From Candidatus Micrarchaeota archaeon (GTDB lineage: Archaea > Micrarchaeota > Micrarchaeia > Norongarragalinales > SBBD01), in the NCBI GenBank assembly GCA_038046605.1, contig JBBSVW010000079.1, positions 29,729 through 55,715 of the forward strand: DNA of 25,987 bases, given 5' to 3'. The translations under genes were made by a program, and so were the position numbers. How positions within the stretch are numbered: the first letter of the stretch is position 1; the number at the start of each line of letters is the position of its first letter. Shown in pieces: positions 25,141 through 25,987 of the stretch. The notes below the pieces were generated by a model. The model saw nothing but the letters and a program-made list of their open reading frames with translations. It had not been told where the DNA came from and searched no databases.

Positions 25141-25664
25141 TGAATCAGCGTTTGGTAGCCGTATAGCACAATTCCGTTTGCGAGGTTGTTGAGGAACTCA
25201 TTTTCACATTCCTTTATCCTTATCTCGTAAAGGTTGATTCTGCGCCCGACGTACTTTTCAAAACTTTTTAAATCCGGAGATTTTGCCATGCGCGTGATTA
25301 CGGCGATATCGACATCGCTCCTTGAGCCATCCTCCCCTTTCCCATAGCTGCCGAACAGCACGATTGCCTCGGGTTCCTCGTACTGGTGCCGCAAAAATTC
25401 CACAACCCCGGATTCATGGACGTTCAGGAGGTTATAGCATCTCTTCAGGCGCAGGAATTTCTCATTCTTCGAGGCGGATACGTTCTCCACCAAACCGGTT
25501 TTTTCAGAGGAAAGCAGCCCCTCTTTTTTGAGCCTCGCGACTATTTTTGAAACTCCCGGCGCGGACAGCTTGAGCAGCCTTGCAATTGCGCGGATGTGGA
25601 TTTTCCTATCGGGCCCGTCGAAAAAGAGCTTCATGACCCGGTAATTGTTATCTTTCGTTATCAT
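25137..25664 (-). CDS. wHTH-fused minimal nucleotidyltransferase (MNT antitoxin)
   Basis: N-terminal HTH (HIRAIARLLKLSAPGVSKIVARLKKEGLL) and the Pol-beta NTase motif IVLFGSYGKGEDGSRSDVDIAV. Confidence 0.9.
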   Translation of the reverse strand: MITKDNNYRVMKLFFDGPDRKIHIRAIARLLKLSAPGVSKIVARLKKEGLLSSEKTGLVENVSASKNEKFLRLKRCYNLLNVHESGVVEFLRHQYEEPEAIVLFGSYGKGEDGSRSDVDIAVITRMAKSPDLKSFEKYVGRRINLYEIRIKECENEFLNNLANGIVLYGYQTLIQ

Positions 25665-25849
25665 ATGTTAATAATAGTTTACAACTGATATTTAAAGTTT
25701 ACGGTTGCCTTAATGATGGATTTGGAACAAGCTTTTTTCCTCGGCTTCAATGGCTATTTCCTTTCCTCAGCTGGCTCCCTATCTCGGGCGGACTTCCACC
25801 GGAAACACCCCCTGGAAACGTTATAAGTAAGCCTAAAGCATAGCTACGA

Positions 25850-25987
25850 TCATGTGGGCGATTCAGAAGCAGAGAACAAATTTGGCAGTTGCGGTTGTGG
25901 CTTCGAAGAAGGGGTTCGCTTTAATTTTGCGGATTGCGGTTCACGAATAATAGGTGACACTTTTACCATAATATGATCAGGTGGTAA
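25850..25987 (-). CDS. Possible C-terminal end of a gene entering from beyond the window
   Basis: The frame is open from the window edge for 45 codons (LPPDHIMVKVSPIIREPQ...SESPT*); no recognisable motif. Confidence 0.25.
   Translation of the reverse strand, partial: LPPDHIMVKVSPIIREPQSAKLKRTPSSKPQPQLPNLFSASESPT

Noticed and set aside
25760-25825. RNase P RNA-like motif (GGAAGTCCGCCC on the minus strand)
   Set aside because: Only a short match; no complementary 3' P4 strand and not enough room for the rest of the RNA before the MNT promoter.

Overview
Archaeal genomic DNA, most likely from a DPANN lineage (Micrarchaeota/Diapherotrites-like; inferred from the split rpoB, GGTGA/GGTGG ribosome-binding sites, TTTAWA promoters and gene content, not from a search). 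In order, the window holds: (1) the 3' part of a giant Cys-rich surface protein of more than 1730 aa, with repeated beta-sandwich modules, a Tyr/Gly/Gln/Asn-rich loop and an intact zinc M23 peptidoglycan-endopeptidase domain; (2) an ACT-domain gene; (3) the RNA polymerase cluster rpoH-rpoB''-rpoB'-rpoA, in which A' and A'' are fused with the foot region deleted and several near-invariant catalytic-centre residues are replaced; (4) a divergent SAM-methyltransferase-like gene; (5) three PIN/VapC toxin-antitoxin pairs; (6) a lipoprotein with an FGE-sulfatase/C-type-lectin fold and a Cys-rich secreted protein; (7) two head-to-head class I aminotransferases; (8) a TRAM RNA chaperone; (9) RelBE-like and MNT-HEPN modules. 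Two related hairpin-rich non-coding elements lie in the RNAP locus. One of them sits between two 36-bp copies of the rpoB' 3' end that differ only at synonymous positions. No tRNA, rRNA, CRISPR array or transposase was recognised.
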